Part shown: piece by piece, positions 15,001-29,329 of the stretch | Layout: each line of letters starts with the position of its first letter | How positions within the stretch are numbered: the first letter of the stretch is position 1 | Source of the DNA: Eledone cirrhosa | Lineage: Eukaryota | Direction of reading: 5' to 3' | Assembly (NCBI GenBank): GCA_964016885.1 | Contig: OZ024757.1 | Coordinates: 434,001-498,000, forward strand | Length of the DNA stretch: 64,000 nucleotides | Made by a program: the position numbers and the translations under genes | The notes under the pieces: generated by a model | Databases searched by the model: none | Told to the model about the DNA's origin: nothing | The model's input: the letters and a program-made list of their open reading frames with translations, nothing else

Positions 15001-18000
15001 GGTGCGATAGTGACATTGGGTGAAGACAGTAGCTACTAGAGTGAGATAGTGACATTGGGGTGAAGACAGTAGCTACTAGGGTGAGATAGTGACATTGGGG
15101 TGAAGACAGTAGCTACTATGGTGAGATAGTGACATTGGGGTGAAGACAATAGCTATTTGGGTGAGATAGTGACATTGGGGTGAAGACAAAGCTACTAGGA
15201 TGGGATAGTGACATTGGGGTGAAGACAATAGCTACTAGGGTGAGATAGTGACATTGGGGTTAAGACAATAGCTACAAGGGTGAGATAGTGACATTGGGTG
15301 AAGACAGTAGCTACTAGGGTGGGATAGTGATATTGGGGTGAAGACAATAGCTACAAGGGTGAGATAGTGACATTGGGTGAAGACAATAGCTACTAGGGTG
15401 AGAGAGTGACATTGGGGTAAGAGAGTAGCTACTAGGGTGAGATAGTGACATTGGGGTGGAGATAGTAGCTACTAGGGTGAGATAGTGACATTGGGGTGAA
15501 GACAGTAGCTACTGGGTGAGATAGTGACATTGGGGTGAAGACAATAGCTATTTGGGTGAGATAGTGACATTGGGGTGAAGACAGAATCTACTAGGGTGTG
15601 ATAGTGACATTAGGGTGAAGACAGTAGCTACTAGGGTGAGATAGTGACATTGGGGTGGAGACAGTAGCTACTAGGGTGAGATAGTGGCATTAGAGTAAAG
15701 ACAGTAGCTAACAGGGATTTGATAGTTACATTGGGTGAAGACAGTAGCTACTAGGGTGAGATAGTGACATTGGGGTGAAGACAGTAGCTACAAGGGTAAG
15801 ATCGTAACATTGGGGTGAAGACAGGAGCTACTAGGGTGAGATAGTGACATTGGGGTGAAGACAGTAGCTACTAGGGTGCGATAGTTACATTGGGTGAAGA
15901 CAGTAGCTACTAGGGTGAGATAGTGACATTGGGGTGAAGACAGTAGCTACAAGGGTAAGATCGTAACATTGGGGTGAAGACAGGAGCTACTAGGGTGAGA
16001 TAGTGATATTGGGGTGAAGACAGTAGCTACTAGGGTGAGATATTGACATTGGGTGAAGAGAGTAGCTACTAGGGTGAGATAGTGACATTGGGGTGAAGAC
16101 AGTAGCTACTAGGGTGCGATAGTGACATTGGGGTGAAGACAGTAGCTACTAGGGTGAGATAGTGACATTGGGGTGAAGACAGTAGCTACTAGGGTGAGAT
16201 AGTGACATTGGGGTGAAGACTGGAGCTACTAGGGTGAGATAGTGATATTGGGGTGAAGACAGTAGCTACTAGGGTGAGATAGTGACATTGGGGTGAAGAC
16301 AGTAGCTACTATGGTGAGTTAGTGACATTGGGGTGAAGACAATAGCTATTTGGGTGAGATAGTGACATTGGGGTGAAGACAAAGCTACTAGCATGGGATA
16401 GTGACGTTGGGGTGAAGACAATAGCTACTAGGGTGAGATAGTGACATTGGGGTGAAGACAATAGCTACAAGGGTGAGATAGTGACATTGGGTGAAGACAA
16501 TAGCTACTAGGGTGAGAGAGTGACATTGGGGTGAAGACAGGAGCTACTAGGGTGAGATAGTGATATTGGGGTGAAGACAGTAGCTACTAGGGTGAGATAG
16601 TGACATTGGGGTGAAGACTGGAGCTACTAGGGTGAGATAGTGATATTGGGGTGAAGACAGTAGCTACTAGGGTGAGATAGTGACATTGGGGTGAAGACAG
16701 TAGCTACTATGGTGAGTTAGTGACATTGGGGTGAAGACAATAGCTATTTGGGTGAGATAGTGACATTGGGGTGAAGACAAAGCTACTAGCATGGGATAGT
16801 GACATTGGGGTGAAGACAATAGCTACTAGGGTGAGATAGTGACATTGGGGTGAAGACAGTAGCTACTAGGGTGGGATAGTGATATTGGGGTGAAGACAAT
16901 AGCTACAAGGGTGAGATAGTGACATTGGGTGAAGACAATAGCTACTAGGGTGAGAGAGTGACATTGGGGTGAAGACAGTAGCTACAAGGGACAGATCTTG
17001 ACATTGGGGTGAAGACAGTAGCTACTAGGGTAAGATAGTGACATTGGCGTGAAGACAGTAGCTACTAGGGTAAGATAGTGACATTGGGGTGAAGACAGTA
17101 GCTACTAGGGTGAGATAGGGACATTGGGGTGACAACAGTAGCTACTAGGGTGAGATAGTGACATTAGGGTGAAGACAGTAGCTACTAGGGTGAGATAGTG
17201 ACAATGGGGTGAAGACAGTAGCTACTGGGTGAGATAGTGACATTGGGGTGAAGACAATAGCTATTTGGGTGAGATAGTGACATTGGGGTGAAGACAGAAG
17301 CTACTAGGGTGTGATAGTGACATTAGGGTGAAGACAGTAGCTACTAGGGTGAGATTGTGACATTGGGGTGGAGACAGTAGCTACTAAGGTGAGATAGTGA
17401 CATTAGAGTGAAGACAGTAGCTACAAGGGTGAGATCGTGACATTGGGGTGAAGACAGTAGATACTAGGGTAAGATAGTGACATTGGGGTAAAGACAGTAG
17501 CTACTAGGGTGAGATAGGGACATTGGAGTGACAACAGTAGCTACTAGGGTGAGATAGTGACATTAGGGTGAATACAATAGCTACTAGGGTGAGATAGTGA
17601 CAATGGGGTGAAGACAGTAGCTACTAGGGTGAGATAGTGACATTGGGGTGAAGACAATAGCTAGAAGGGTTAGATAGTGACATTGGGTGAAGACAATAGC
17701 TACTAGGGTGAGAGAGTGACATTGGTGTGAAGACATTAGCTACTTGGGTGAGATAGTGACATTAGGGTGAAGACAGTAGCTACTAGGGTGAGATAGTGAA
17801 ATTGGGGTGGAGACAGTAGCTACAAGGGTGAGATCGTGACATTGGGGTGAAGACAGTATCTACTAGGGTGAGATATTGATATTGGGTGAAGACAGTAACT
17901 ACTAGGGTGAGATAGTGACTTTGGGGTGAAGACAGTAGCTACTAGGGTGCGATAGTGACATTGGGTGAAGACAGTAGCTACTAGGGTGAGATAGTGACAT

Positions 18001-21000
18001 TGGGGTGAAGACAGTAGCTACTAGGGTGAGATAGTGACATTGGGGTGGAGACAGGAGCTACTAGGGTGAGATAGTGACATTGGGGTGAAGACAGTAGCTA
18101 CTAGGGTGAGATAGTGACATTGGGGTGAAGACAGTAGCTACTATGGTGAGATAGTGACATTGGGGTGAAGACAATAGCTATTTGGGTGAGATAGTGACAT
18201 TGGGGTGAAGACAAAGCTACTAGGATGGGATAGTGACATTGGGGTGAAGACAATAGCTACTAGGGTGAGATAGTGACATTGGGGTGAAGACAATAGCTAC
18301 AAGGGTGAGATAGTGACATTGGGTGAAGACAGTAGCTACTAGGGTGGGATAGTGATATTGGGGTGAAGACAATAGCTACAAGGGTGAGATAGTGACATTG
18401 GGTGAAGACAATAGCTACTAGGGTGAGAGAGTGACATTGGGGTAAGAGAGTAGCTACTAGCGTGAGATAGTGACATTGGGGTGGAGATAGTAGCTACTAG
18501 GGTGAGATAGTGACATTGGGGTGAAGACAGTAGCTACTGGGTGAGATAGTGACATTGGGGTGAAGACAATAGCTATTTGGGTGAGATAGTGACATTGGGG
18601 TGAAGACAGAAGCTACTAGGGTGAGATAGTGACATTGGGGTGGAGACAGTAGCTACTAGGGTGAGATAGTGGCATTAGAGTAAAAACAGTAGCTACTAGG
18701 GTGTGATAGTTACATTGGGTGAAGACAGTAGCTACTAGGGTGAGATAGTGACATTGGGGTGAAGACAGTAGCTACAAGGGTAAGATCGTAACATTGGCGT
18801 GAAGACAGGAGCTACTAGGGTGAGATAGTGACATTGGGGTGAAGACAGTAGCTACTAGGGTGCGATAGTTACATTGGGTGAAGACAGTAGCTACTAGGGT
18901 GAGATAGTGACATTGGGGTGAAGACAGTAGCTACAAGGGTAAGATCGTAACATTGGGGTGAAGACAGGAGCTACTAGGGTAAGATAGTGACATTGGCGTG
19001 AAGACAGTAGCTACTAGGGTAAGATAGTGACATTGGGGTGAAGACAGTAGCTACTAGGGTGAGATAGGGACATTGGGGTGACAACAGTAGCTACTAGGGT
19101 GAGATAGTGACATTAGGGTGAATACAGTAGCTACTAGGGTGAGATAGTGACAATGGGGTGAAGACAGTAGCTACTGGGTGAGATAGTGACATTGGGGTGA
19201 AGACAATAGCTATTTGGGTGAGATAGTGACATTGGGGTGAAGACAGAAGCTACTAGGGTGTGATAGTGACATTAGGGTGAAGACAGTAGCTACTAGGGTG
19301 AGATTGTGACATTGGGGTGGAGACAGTAGCTACTAAGGTGAGATAGTGACATTAGAGTGAAGACAGTAGCTACTAGGGTGTGATAGTGACATTGGGGTGA
19401 AGACAGTAGCTACAAGGGTGAGATCGTGACATTGGGGTGAAGACAGTAGATACTAGGGTAAGATAGTGACATTGGGGTAAAGACAGTAGCTACTAGGTTG
19501 AGATAGGGACATTGGCGTGACAACAGTAGCTACTAGGGTGAGATAGTGACATTAGGGTGAATACAATAGCTACTAGGGTGAGATAGTGACATTGGGGTGA
19601 AGACAATAGCTATTTGGGTGAGATAGTGACATTGGGGTGAAGACAGAAGCTACTAGGGTGTGATAGTGACATTAGGGTGAAGACAGTAGCTACTAGGGTG
19701 AGATAGTGACATTGGGGTGGAGACAGTAGCTACTAGGGTGAGATAGTGACATTAGAGTAAAGACAGTAGCTACTAGGGTGTGATAGTGACATTGGGGTGA
19801 AGACAGTAGCTACTAGGGTGCGATAGTTACATTGGGTGAAGACAGTAGCTACTAGGGTGAGATAGTGACATTGGGGTGAAGACAGTAGCTACAAGGGTAA
19901 GATCGTAACATTGGGGTGAAGACAGGAGCTACTAGGGTGAGATAGTGATATTGGGGTGAAGACAGTAGCTACTAGGGTGAGATAGTGACATTGGGGTGGA
20001 GACAGTAGCTAATAGGGTGAGATAGTGACTTTGGGGTGAAGAGAGTAGCTACAAGGGTGAGATCGTGACATTGGGGTGAAGACAGTAGCTACTAGGGAGA
20101 GATATTGACATTGGGGTGAAGACAGTAGCTACTAGGGTGAGATATTGACATTGGGTGAAGAGAGTAGCTACTAGGGTGAGATAGTGACATTGGGGTGAAG
20201 ACAGTAGCTACTAGGGTGCGATAGTGACATTGGGTGAAGACAGTAGCTACTAGGGTGAGATAGTGACATTGGGTGAAGACAAAGCTACTAGCATGGGATA
20301 GTGACATTGGGGTGAAGACAATAGCTACTAGGGTGAGATAGTGACATTGGGGTGAAGACAGTAGCTACTAGGGTGGGATAGTGATATTGGGGTGAAGACA
20401 ATAGCTACAAGGGTGAGATAGTGACATTGGGTGAAGACAATAGCTACTAGAGTGAGAGAGTGACATTGGCGTGAAGACAGTAGCTACTAGGGTAAGATAG
20501 TGACATTGGGGTGAAGACAGTAGCTACTAGGGTGAGATAGGGACATTGGGGTGACAACAGTAGCTACTAGGGTGAGATAGTGACATTAGGGTGAAGACAG
20601 TAGCTACTAGGGTGAGATAGTGACATTGGCGTGAAGACAGTAGCTACTAGGGTAAGATAGTGACATTGGGGTGAAGACAGTAGCTACTAGGGTGAGATAG
20701 GGACATTGGGGTGACAACAGTAGCTACTAGGGTGAGATAGTGACATTAGGGTGAAGACAGTAGCTACTAGGGTGAGATATTGACAATGGGGTGAAGACAG
20801 TAGCTACTGGGTGAGATAGTGACATTGGGGTGAAGACAATAGCTATTTGGGTGAGATAGTGACATTGGGGTGAAGACAGAAGCTACTAGGGTGTGATAGT
20901 GACATTAGGGTGAAGACAGTAGCTACTAGGGTGAGATTGTGACATTGGGGTGGAGACAGTAGCTACTAAGGTGAGATAGTGACATTAGAGTGAAGACAGT

Positions 21001-23829
21001 AGCTACTAGGGTGTGATAGTGACATTGGGGTGAAGACAGTAGCTACAAGGGTGAGATCGTGACATTGGGGTGAAGACAGTAGATACTAGGGTAAGATAGT
21101 GACATTGGGGTAAAGACAGTAGCTACTAGGGTGAGATAGGGACATTGGCGTGACAACAGTAGCTACTAGGGTGAGATAGTGACATTAGGGTGAATACAAT
21201 AGCTACTAGGGTGAGATAGTGACAATGGGGTGAAGACAGTAGCTACTAGGGTGAGATAGTGACATTGGGGTGAAGACAATAGCTACAAGGGTTAGATAGT
21301 GACATTGGGTGAAGACAATAGCTACTAGGGTGAGAGAGTGACATTGGTGTGAAGACATTAGCTACTTGGGTGAGATAGTGACATTAGGGTGAAGACAGTA
21401 GCTACTAGGGTGAGATAGTGACATTGGTGTGAAGACAGTAGCTACAAGGGTGAGATCGTGACATTGGGGTGAAGACAGTAGCTACTAGGGTGAGATATTG
21501 ACATTGGGGTGAAGACAGTAGCTACTAGGGTGAGATAGTGACATTGGGGTGGAGACAGTAGCTACTAGGGTGAGATAGTGACATTGGGGTGAAGAGAGTA
21601 GCTACAAGGGTGAGATCGTGACATTGGGGTGAAGACAGTAGCTACTAGGGTGAGATATTGACATTGGGGTGAAGACAGTAGCTACTAGGGTGAGATATTG
21701 ACATTGGCGTGACAACAGTAGCTACTAGGGTGAGATAGTGACATTAGGGTGAATACAATAGCTACTAGGGTGAGATAGTGACAATGGGGTGAAGACAGTA
21801 GCTACTAGGGTGAGATAGTGACATTGGGGTGAAGACAGTAGCAACTAGGGTGCGATAGTGACATTGGGTGAAGACAGTAGCTACTAGGGTGAGATAGTGA
21901 CATTGGGGTGAAGACAGTATATACTAGGGTGAGATAGTGACATTGGGGTGGAGACAGGAGCTACTAGGGTGAGATAGTGACATTGGCGTGACAACAGTAG
22001 CTACTAGGGTGAGATAGTGACATTAGGGTGAATACAATAGCTACTAGGGTGAGATAGTGACAATGGGGTGAAGACAGTAGCTACTAGGGTGAGATAGTGA
22101 CATTGGGGTGAAGACAGTAGCAACTAGGGTGCGATAGTGACATTGGGTGAAGACAGTAGCTACTAGGGTGAGATAGTGACATTGGGGTGAAGACAGTATA
22201 TACTAGGGTGAGATAGTGACATTGGGGTGGAGACAGGAGCTACTAGGGTGAGATAGTGACATTGGGGTGAAGACAGTAGCTACTAGGGTGAGATAGTGAC
22301 ATTGGGGTGAAGACAGTAGCTACTATGGTGAGATAGTGACATTGGGGTGAAGACAATAGCTATTTGGGTGAGATAGTGACATTGGGGTGAAGACAAAGCT
22401 ACTAGGATGGGATAGTGACATTGGGGTGAAGACAATAGCTACTAGGGTGAGATAGTGACATTGGGGTGAAGACAGTAGCTACAAGGGACAGATCGTGACA
22501 TTGGGGTGAAGACAGTAGCTACTAGGGTAAGATAGTGACATTGGCGTGAAGACAGTAGCTACTAGGGTAAGATAGTGACATTGGGGTGAAGACAGTAGCT
22601 ACTAGGGTGAGATAGGGACATTGGGGTGACAACAGTAGCTCCTAGGGTGAGATAGTGACATTAGGGTGAATACAATAACTACATGGGTGAGATAGTGACA
22701 TTGGGGTGAAGACAGTAACTACTAGGGTGAGATAGTGACATTGGGGTAAAGACAGTAGATACTAAGGTGAGATAGTGACAATGGGGTAAAGAGAGTAGCT
22801 ACTAGGGTGAGATAGTGACATTGAGGTAAAGACAGTAGATACGAAGGTGAGATAGTGACAATGGGGTAAAGAGAGTAGCTACTAGGGTGAGATAGTTACA
22901 TTGGGGTTGAGAGAGTAGCTACTAGGGTGAGATAGTGACATTGGGGTGGAGAGAGTAGCTACTAGGGTGAGATAGTGACATTAGGGTGAAGACAGTAGCT
23001 TCTCGGGTGAGATAGTGACATTGGGGTGAAGACAGTAGCTACTGGGTGAGATAGTGACATTGGGGTGAAGACAGTAGCTACTAGGGTGAGATAGTGACAT
23101 TGGGGTGAAGACAGTAGCTACTAGGGTGAGATAGTGACATTGGGGTGAAGACAGTAGCTACTAGGGTGAGATAGTGACATTGGCGTGAAGACAGTAGCTA
23201 CTAGGGTGCGATAGTGACATTGTGGTGAAGACTAGCTACTAGGGTGAGGTAGTGACATTGGGGTGAATACAGTAGCTACTAGGGTGAGATAGTGACATTG
23301 GGGTGAAGACAGTAGCTACAAGGGTGAGATCGTGACATTGGGGTGAAGACAGTAGATACTAGGGTGAGATAGGGACATTGGGGTGAAGACAGTAGCTACA
23401 AGGGTGAGATCGTGACATTGGGGTGAAGACAGCAGCTACTAGGGTGAGATATTGACATTGGGGTGAAGACAGTAGCTACTAGGGTGAGATAGTGACATTG
23501 GGGTGGAGACAGTAGCTACTAGGGTGAGATAGTGACATTGGGGTGAAGACAGTAGCTACAAGGGTGAGATAGTGACACTGGGGTGAAGACAATAGCTACT
23601 AGGGTGAGATAGTGACATTGGGGTAAAGACAGTAGCTACTAGGGTTACAACAGTAGCTACTAGTGTGATATAGTGACATTCGGGTGAAGACAGTAGCTAC
23701 TAGGGTGAGATAATGACATTGGGGTTAAGAGAGTAGCTACTAGGGTGAGATAGTGACATTAGGGTGAAGACAGTAGCTACTAGGGTGAGATAGTGATATT
23801 AGGGTGGAGACAATAGCTACTAAGGTGAG
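1..23829. repeat. 40-bp tandem satellite array A (consensus TAGGGTGAGATAGTGACATTGGGGTGAAGACAGTAGCTAC), roughly 600 monomers, runs off the window start
   Basis: Period of 40 bp read directly (e.g. ggggtgaaga at 181 and 221), with 39-bp variants lacking one G or A; uninterrupted up to the junction with an RTE remnant at about 23830. Confidence 0.99.
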
Positions 23830-24890
23830 TCTTCACAACCTTATCCCATGTCTTCCTGGGTCTACCTCTTCCAAGGGTCCTAGCTACTGGGGTTTCTTTG
23901 TATCTCTTTATCCAGCTTCTATTTACCATATACATCAAATACCCATACCAACATAGTCTTCTCTCTTGCACACTCTATCCAATTCCTCTCATGCCAAATT
24001 CCGCTTATGCTATTTCACTCATGTACATTAACATTACATACATTGTATGCTTGCTAAGTTTACTTTTAGTCCTTTCACCTTTTGGTTCTTCTTCCATGCT
24101 TGAAATTTCGTCCCTAACTTTCCTACAGATTCAGCTATGAGTACTACATCATCAGCACATAGGACGTCCCAGGGATTGCCAATGTTAAACTGCTTAATGA
24201 TGGCCTGAAGGATAATTATAAACAGGATTGGGCTGAGGACTGAACTCTGATGGACTCCTACTTGTACATTTCCACACTAAACGCAGAACCAAACTCACTT
24301 TACTAACAGTTTCTCTGTACATAGCTTGCACTTCTCTTACAAGGCATTCTCCTACACCTAGTTTCCTTAAGGACCACCAGATGACAGATAGATACTCTGT
24401 CAAAGGACTTCTCCACATGAACAATATTTAGATACAGAGGCTTATTCTTAGCTAGTAACTTCTCTTGTAGTTTTGTCATTAAGAAAAGAGTATGTCTGTA
24501 GTACTTCTCCCTGGCATAAAATCTAACAACATCTCATCTAATTTGATTCTTTCCCTAAGTAGTTGTATTAAAACTCTTTCTCACATTTCCATTACTTGTT
24601 CCATGCCTGAGTAGTTGCTCCTTTCTAGTACCTCACCTTTTCCTTTATAGCATTATATTAGTATACTACTATGTCAGTTATTGGTTATGGCCCCATCCTA
24701 TATTATCTGATTGACTATGTACGTGACTAGTTTGACATCTACTTCCCCAGAATCTTTCAACATCTCAGTTATTTCTAATGGAACAGCAGCTTTACCATTT
24801 TTATTCCCCTTGATTGCTTCTTTGACCCTATAACTATCTATTTCAATAGCTGGTCCCTCTTTGGGGTTAGTTGGAGGTAGTCTCTCTTTT
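23830..24890 (-). mobile_element. Degenerate RTE-clade LINE remnant (RT to C-terminus)
   Basis: Minus-strand ORF pieces MQERRLCWYGYL...GRGRPRKTWDKVVK (23780-23971) and WWSLRKLGVGECLVREVQAMYRETVSKV (24194-24424) match the more complete RTE at 29.3-33 kb. Confidence 0.85.
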
Positions 24891-25179
24891 CAGTTATTTA
24901 CCATTTTACAGGGTTAACTGTGTGTGATCCCTTCTATTCATTCGGGAACATATTCAACTTTGATAATAAATTGACTAAATTAGTAAATTCTATACCATAC
25001 AGTAGTTTCAACACAAGTCTTGGTTAGATCTTCTACAAATAAACTGAGAGGAGGGTAATTTTTTAGTAAACCAGTTTTATTATGAACATTTACAACATAG
25101 GTGGCACAATCTTGGGTGACTGGTGTGGTTTTTATCTTGTCTTATTGTGTTTGTGTTTTATTAAACAACTTTTACAGAA

Positions 25180-25407
<228 letters not shown>

Positions 25408-27291
25408 TCACCAGACAACACAGTGATATGGTTTCTCTCCTGTATGGATGAGATTGTGTGTTGTTAAGTGTCCTTTCTGAGAGAATGATTTACCACAGAC
25501 ATCACAGTGGTATGGTTTCTCTCCTGTATGAATAAGTTTGTGATTTGTTAAGACATTATTTTGAGAGAATGATTTACCACAGATATCACAGTGGTATGGT
25601 TTCTCTCCTGTATGAGTAAGATTGTGTGTTAATAAGCTTCCTTTCTGTGAAAATGACTTACCACAGATATCACAGTGATGTGGCTTCTCTCCTGTATGAG
25701 TGAGATTGTGTGTTAATAAGCTTCCTTTCTGTGAAAATGACTTACCACAGATATCACAGTGATATGACTTCTCTCCTGTATGGATGAAATTGTGTGTTGT
25801 TAAGTGTCCTTTCTGAGAGAATGATTTACCACAGATATCACAGTGGTATGGTTTCTTTCCTGTATGAATACGTTTGTGATTTGTCAAGACATTACTTTGA
25901 GAGAATGACTTACCACAGATATTACAGTGATATGGCTTCTTTCCTGTATGAATAGATTTGTGAATTGTGAAGTAATTATATTGAGAGAATGATTTACCAC
26001 AGATATCACAGTGGTATGGCTTCTCTCCTGTATGGATGAGATTGTGTCTTGTTAAGTGTACTTTCTGAGAGAATGATTTACCACAGATATCACAGTGGTA
26101 TGGTTTCTCTCCTGTATGAATAAGTTTGTGATTTGTCAAGACATTATTTTGAGAGAATGATTTACCACAGATATTACAGTGATATGGCTTCTCTCCTGTA
26201 TGAATAGATTTGTGAATTGTGAAGTAATTATATTGAGAGAATGATTTACCACAGATATTACAGTGGTATGGCTTCTCTCCTGTATGAATATGTTTGTGAT
26301 TTGCTAAGACATTATTTTGAGAGAATGATTTACCACAGATATCACAGTAGTATGGTTTCTCTCCTGTATGGATGAGATTGTGTCTTGTTAAGTTTCCTTT
26401 CTGAGAGAATGCTTTACCACAGATATCACAGTGGTATGGTTTCTCTCCAGTATGAATACGTTTGTGATTCGTTAAGACATTATTTTGAGAGAATAATTTA
26501 CCACAGATATCACAGTGATAGGGCTTCTCTCCTGTATGGATGAGATCGTGTGATGCTAAGTTTTCTTTCTTAGAGAATGATTTACCACAGATATCACAGT
26601 GGTATGGTTTCTCTCCTGTATGAGTAAGATTGTGTGTTAGTAAGCTTCCTTTCTGTGAAAATGACTTACCACAGATATTACAATGGTATGGCTTCTCTCC
26701 TGTATGAGTAAGATTGTGTGTTAATAAGTTTCCTTTCTTTGAAAATGACTTACCACAGATATTACAGTGATATGGCTTCTCTCCTGTATGAATAGATTTG
26801 TGAATTGTGAAGTTATTATATTGAGAGAATGATTTACCACAGATATTACAGTGGTATGGCTTCTCTCCTGTATGAATATGTTTGTGATTTGCTAAGACAT
26901 TATTTTGAGAGAATGACTTACCACAGATATCACAGTAGTATGGTTTCTCTCCTGTATGGATGAGATTGTGTGTTGTTAAGTGTCTTTTCAGAGAGAATGA
27001 TTTACCACAGATATTACAATGGCATGGTTTCTCTCTTGTATGGATGAGATTGTGTGTTGTTAAGTGTCCTTTCTGAGAGAATGATTTAACACAGATATTA
27101 CAATGGTATGGTTTCTCTCCTGTATGGATGAGATTGTGTCTTGTTAAGTGTCCTTTCTGAGAGAATGATTTACCACAGATATCACAATGGTATGGCTTGT
27201 CTCCTCTATTCTTTGTTATCTCATTAGGAATACTAATACCTTTAGGCAGTGTTTCACATTTAACCTTCTTCTCACCCAACTTATTTTCCAT
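25408..27291 (-). CDS. Tandem C2H2 zinc-finger protein (ZNF-1), 627 aa from the ATG of MENKL, 21 intact fingers with TGEKP linkers and no recognisable effector domain
   Basis: ORF 25408-27312, first ATG at 27291. It has 21 repeats of Y-x-C-x2-C-GKSFS-x7-H-x3-H-TGEKP and ends in a frameshifted 22nd finger (YHCVVW*). Confidence 0.93.
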   Translation of the reverse strand: MENKLGEKKVKCETLPKGISIPNEITKNRGDKPYHCDICGKSFSQKGHLTRHNLIHTGEKPYHCNICVKSFSQKGHLTTHNLIHTREKPCHCNICGKSFSLKRHLTTHNLIHTGEKPYYCDICGKSFSQNNVLANHKHIHTGEKPYHCNICGKSFSQYNNFTIHKSIHTGEKPYHCNICGKSFSKKGNLLTHNLTHTGEKPYHCNICGKSFSQKGSLLTHNLTHTGEKPYHCDICGKSFSKKENLASHDLIHTGEKPYHCDICGKLFSQNNVLTNHKRIHTGEKPYHCDICGKAFSQKGNLTRHNLIHTGEKPYYCDICGKSFSQNNVLANHKHIHTGEKPYHCNICGKSFSQYNYFTIHKSIHTGEKPYHCNICGKSFSQNNVLTNHKLIHTGEKPYHCDICGKSFSQKVHLTRHNLIHTGEKPYHCDICGKSFSQYNYFTIHKSIHTGKKPYHCNICGKSFSQSNVLTNHKRIHTGKKPYHCDICGKSFSQKGHLTTHNFIHTGEKSYHCDICGKSFSQKGSLLTHNLTHTGEKPHHCDICGKSFSQKGSLLTHNLTHTGEKPYHCDICGKSFSQNNVLTNHKLIHTGEKPYHCDVCGKSFSQKGHLTTHNLIHTGEKPYHCVVW

Positions 27292-27651
27292 GATGTTTCT
27301 TCTTCTCACCAAAGTATATAGACGTTTTTCTTGTGTTATATTTATATTATATTTCTAGAAATATTGTCTGATTCTATATTTCTATCAACTTTGATCTCAG
27401 TTAATATCTGAAGATTATGAAAACTTCTTTGACATCCAAGTTTAATTAAAATACAAAATCTTCATTCGAGATAGTGAAGAAACGAACATTTGCCAATAAA
27501 TTCATTTCTGATGAAATATTTTACAGTAAGTCAGTCATAGATTTATATAATCAGTGTTATATCAGTGGTGTATAAAACACTTTAGTCTTTGATGATAAAT
27601 GTTGATGATGTATCCAAGGTTTAAAAATTTATCCCAATGTCATCTGGTATT

Positions 27652-27672
27652 CTGAAATAAGAAAGAAACAGT
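27652..27672 (-). promoter_or_regulatory. Probable splice acceptor of the ZNF coding exon
   Basis: The minus strand reads ctgtttctttcttatttcAG|aataccag (polypyrimidine tract plus AG), conserved in cassette 2 at about 49421-49441. Confidence 0.65.
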
Positions 27673-27807
27673 ATGAGATAATAGAGAATACTTAAATACT
27701 AGAGATAGATTTATTAGAGAAAATTTTAGACTTTTATATCAATAATCTCTAGATATAGACCTTTAATTGAAAAATCAACTTACTTTAGTTTTTAATTTGT
27801 TATCAAT

Positions 27808-28585
27808 ATTACATCATACAACCTTGTATGATATCTATATATACAGACATATATATACGTATGTCAATGTTACATCATACAACCTTGTGTGTTGTCTATA
27901 TATACATATGTCAATGTTACATCATACAACCTTGTGTAATGTCTATATATACAGACATATATGTTACATTATACAACCTTGTGTGATGTCTATATATACA
28001 GACATATATATACATATGTCAATATTACATTATACAACCTTGTGTAATGTATATATATATAGACATATATATACATATGTTACATTATACAACCTTGTGT
28101 AATGTCTATATATATACAGACATATATATACATATGTTACATTATACAACCTTGTGTAATGTATATATATATAGACATATATATACATATGTTACATTGT
28201 ACAACCTTGTGTAATGTATATATATACAGACATATATATACATATGTTACATTATACAACCTTGTGTAATGTCTATATACAGACATATATATACATATGT
28301 TACATTGTACAACCTTGTGTAATGTCTATATATAGACATATATATACATATGTTACATTATACAACCTTGTGTAATGTCTATATATATATATATAGACAT
28401 ATATATACATATGTTACATTATACAACCTTGTGTAATGTCTATATATACAGACATATATATACATATGTTACATTATACAACCTTGTGTAATGTCTATAT
28501 ATATATATAGACATATATATACATATGTTACATTATACAACCTTGTGTAATGTCTATATATAGACATATATACATTTGTCAATGT
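27808..28585. repeat. AT-rich minisatellite with a 55-60 bp unit (acattatacaaccttgtgtaatgtc(ta)ngacatatatatacatatgtt)
   Basis: Repeated acaaccttgtgtaatgtcta separated by variable (TA)n; source of the spurious ORF 27767-28102. Confidence 0.95.
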
Positions 28586-28756
28586 CTGTCAGTCTGGTGC
28601 ATTGCTCCAGCCACAAATCTCATCAGTAGTTCACAATAGGCTTTCAATAATATATATATATACATATATATATGGAACTAGCTGTTCCAATGGCAAGCTG
28701 TCAGCTCAGTTGTCATGCTCTACTATCTCAAGTATTGAGTACTCTGTAGAATAATG

Positions 28757-28804
<48 letters not shown>

Positions 28805-29329
28805 AACCTGTCGAGAGTTATGAATCAGAATTTGTCGAATCTTACTGTTGCCGAATTGTTGTTTTGAGAAATGTAATGTATTTCACTTCATTTCCTTGTC
28901 TCTCCATCTTTCTTGGTCTAATTTACCTATCAGTATTTATATTGTCCCTTTAACTTTTCATAATGATGGTCGAATCTGTAGGTCCTTTATAAAAATAATC
29001 TTCTCGTTAACTCCCCCCACGCCACCATTACTATTTGGTCCAATCATAATTCAGTGGCTTATAATTATGTTTCTCTTACCAATCTCTTCCACAAAACCAC
29101 TGCCTCGGCTATCACTCCTTAAGTTTAGACTTGGTTGCTTTTGATATGCTAGATGGACTATAGAATTTGGAGAGTTTGTAGAATCTGGACACTCAATGAC
29201 AATGTCAAAGATAAAGATAAATGTTGCCAGACGAGAATGCAAGGACTCCTCTCTATTTCAGACACGGATGGCTGAACATAACCTCATCTCCCTCACCCCT
29301 CCCTGCACCACCAACCCGTCCCTTCCACC

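Noticed and set aside
2589-20307. Short ORFs such as SSYCLHPNVTISP repeats (also 46194-46391)
   Set aside because: Chance open frames in runs of 39-bp satellite variants.
1-23829. CRISPR-like array
   Set aside because: Monomers are head-to-tail with no unique spacers, there are no cas genes, and the context is eukaryotic.
1-23829. Telomeric repeat (TTAGGG occurs in some monomers)
   Set aside because: TTAGGG appears only as a single-base variant of TTGGGG within 40-mers and never in tandem.
27767-28102. Tyr/Ile/His-rich ORFs (also 49628-50052 and 61528-61752)
   Set aside because: Translations of AT minisatellite and (TA)n tracts.
28848-29242. 98-aa and 63-aa ORFs that are almost identical in both cassettes
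   Set aside because: The identity reflects the near-identical duplicated tract; there is no recognisable domain and the starts are non-ATG.
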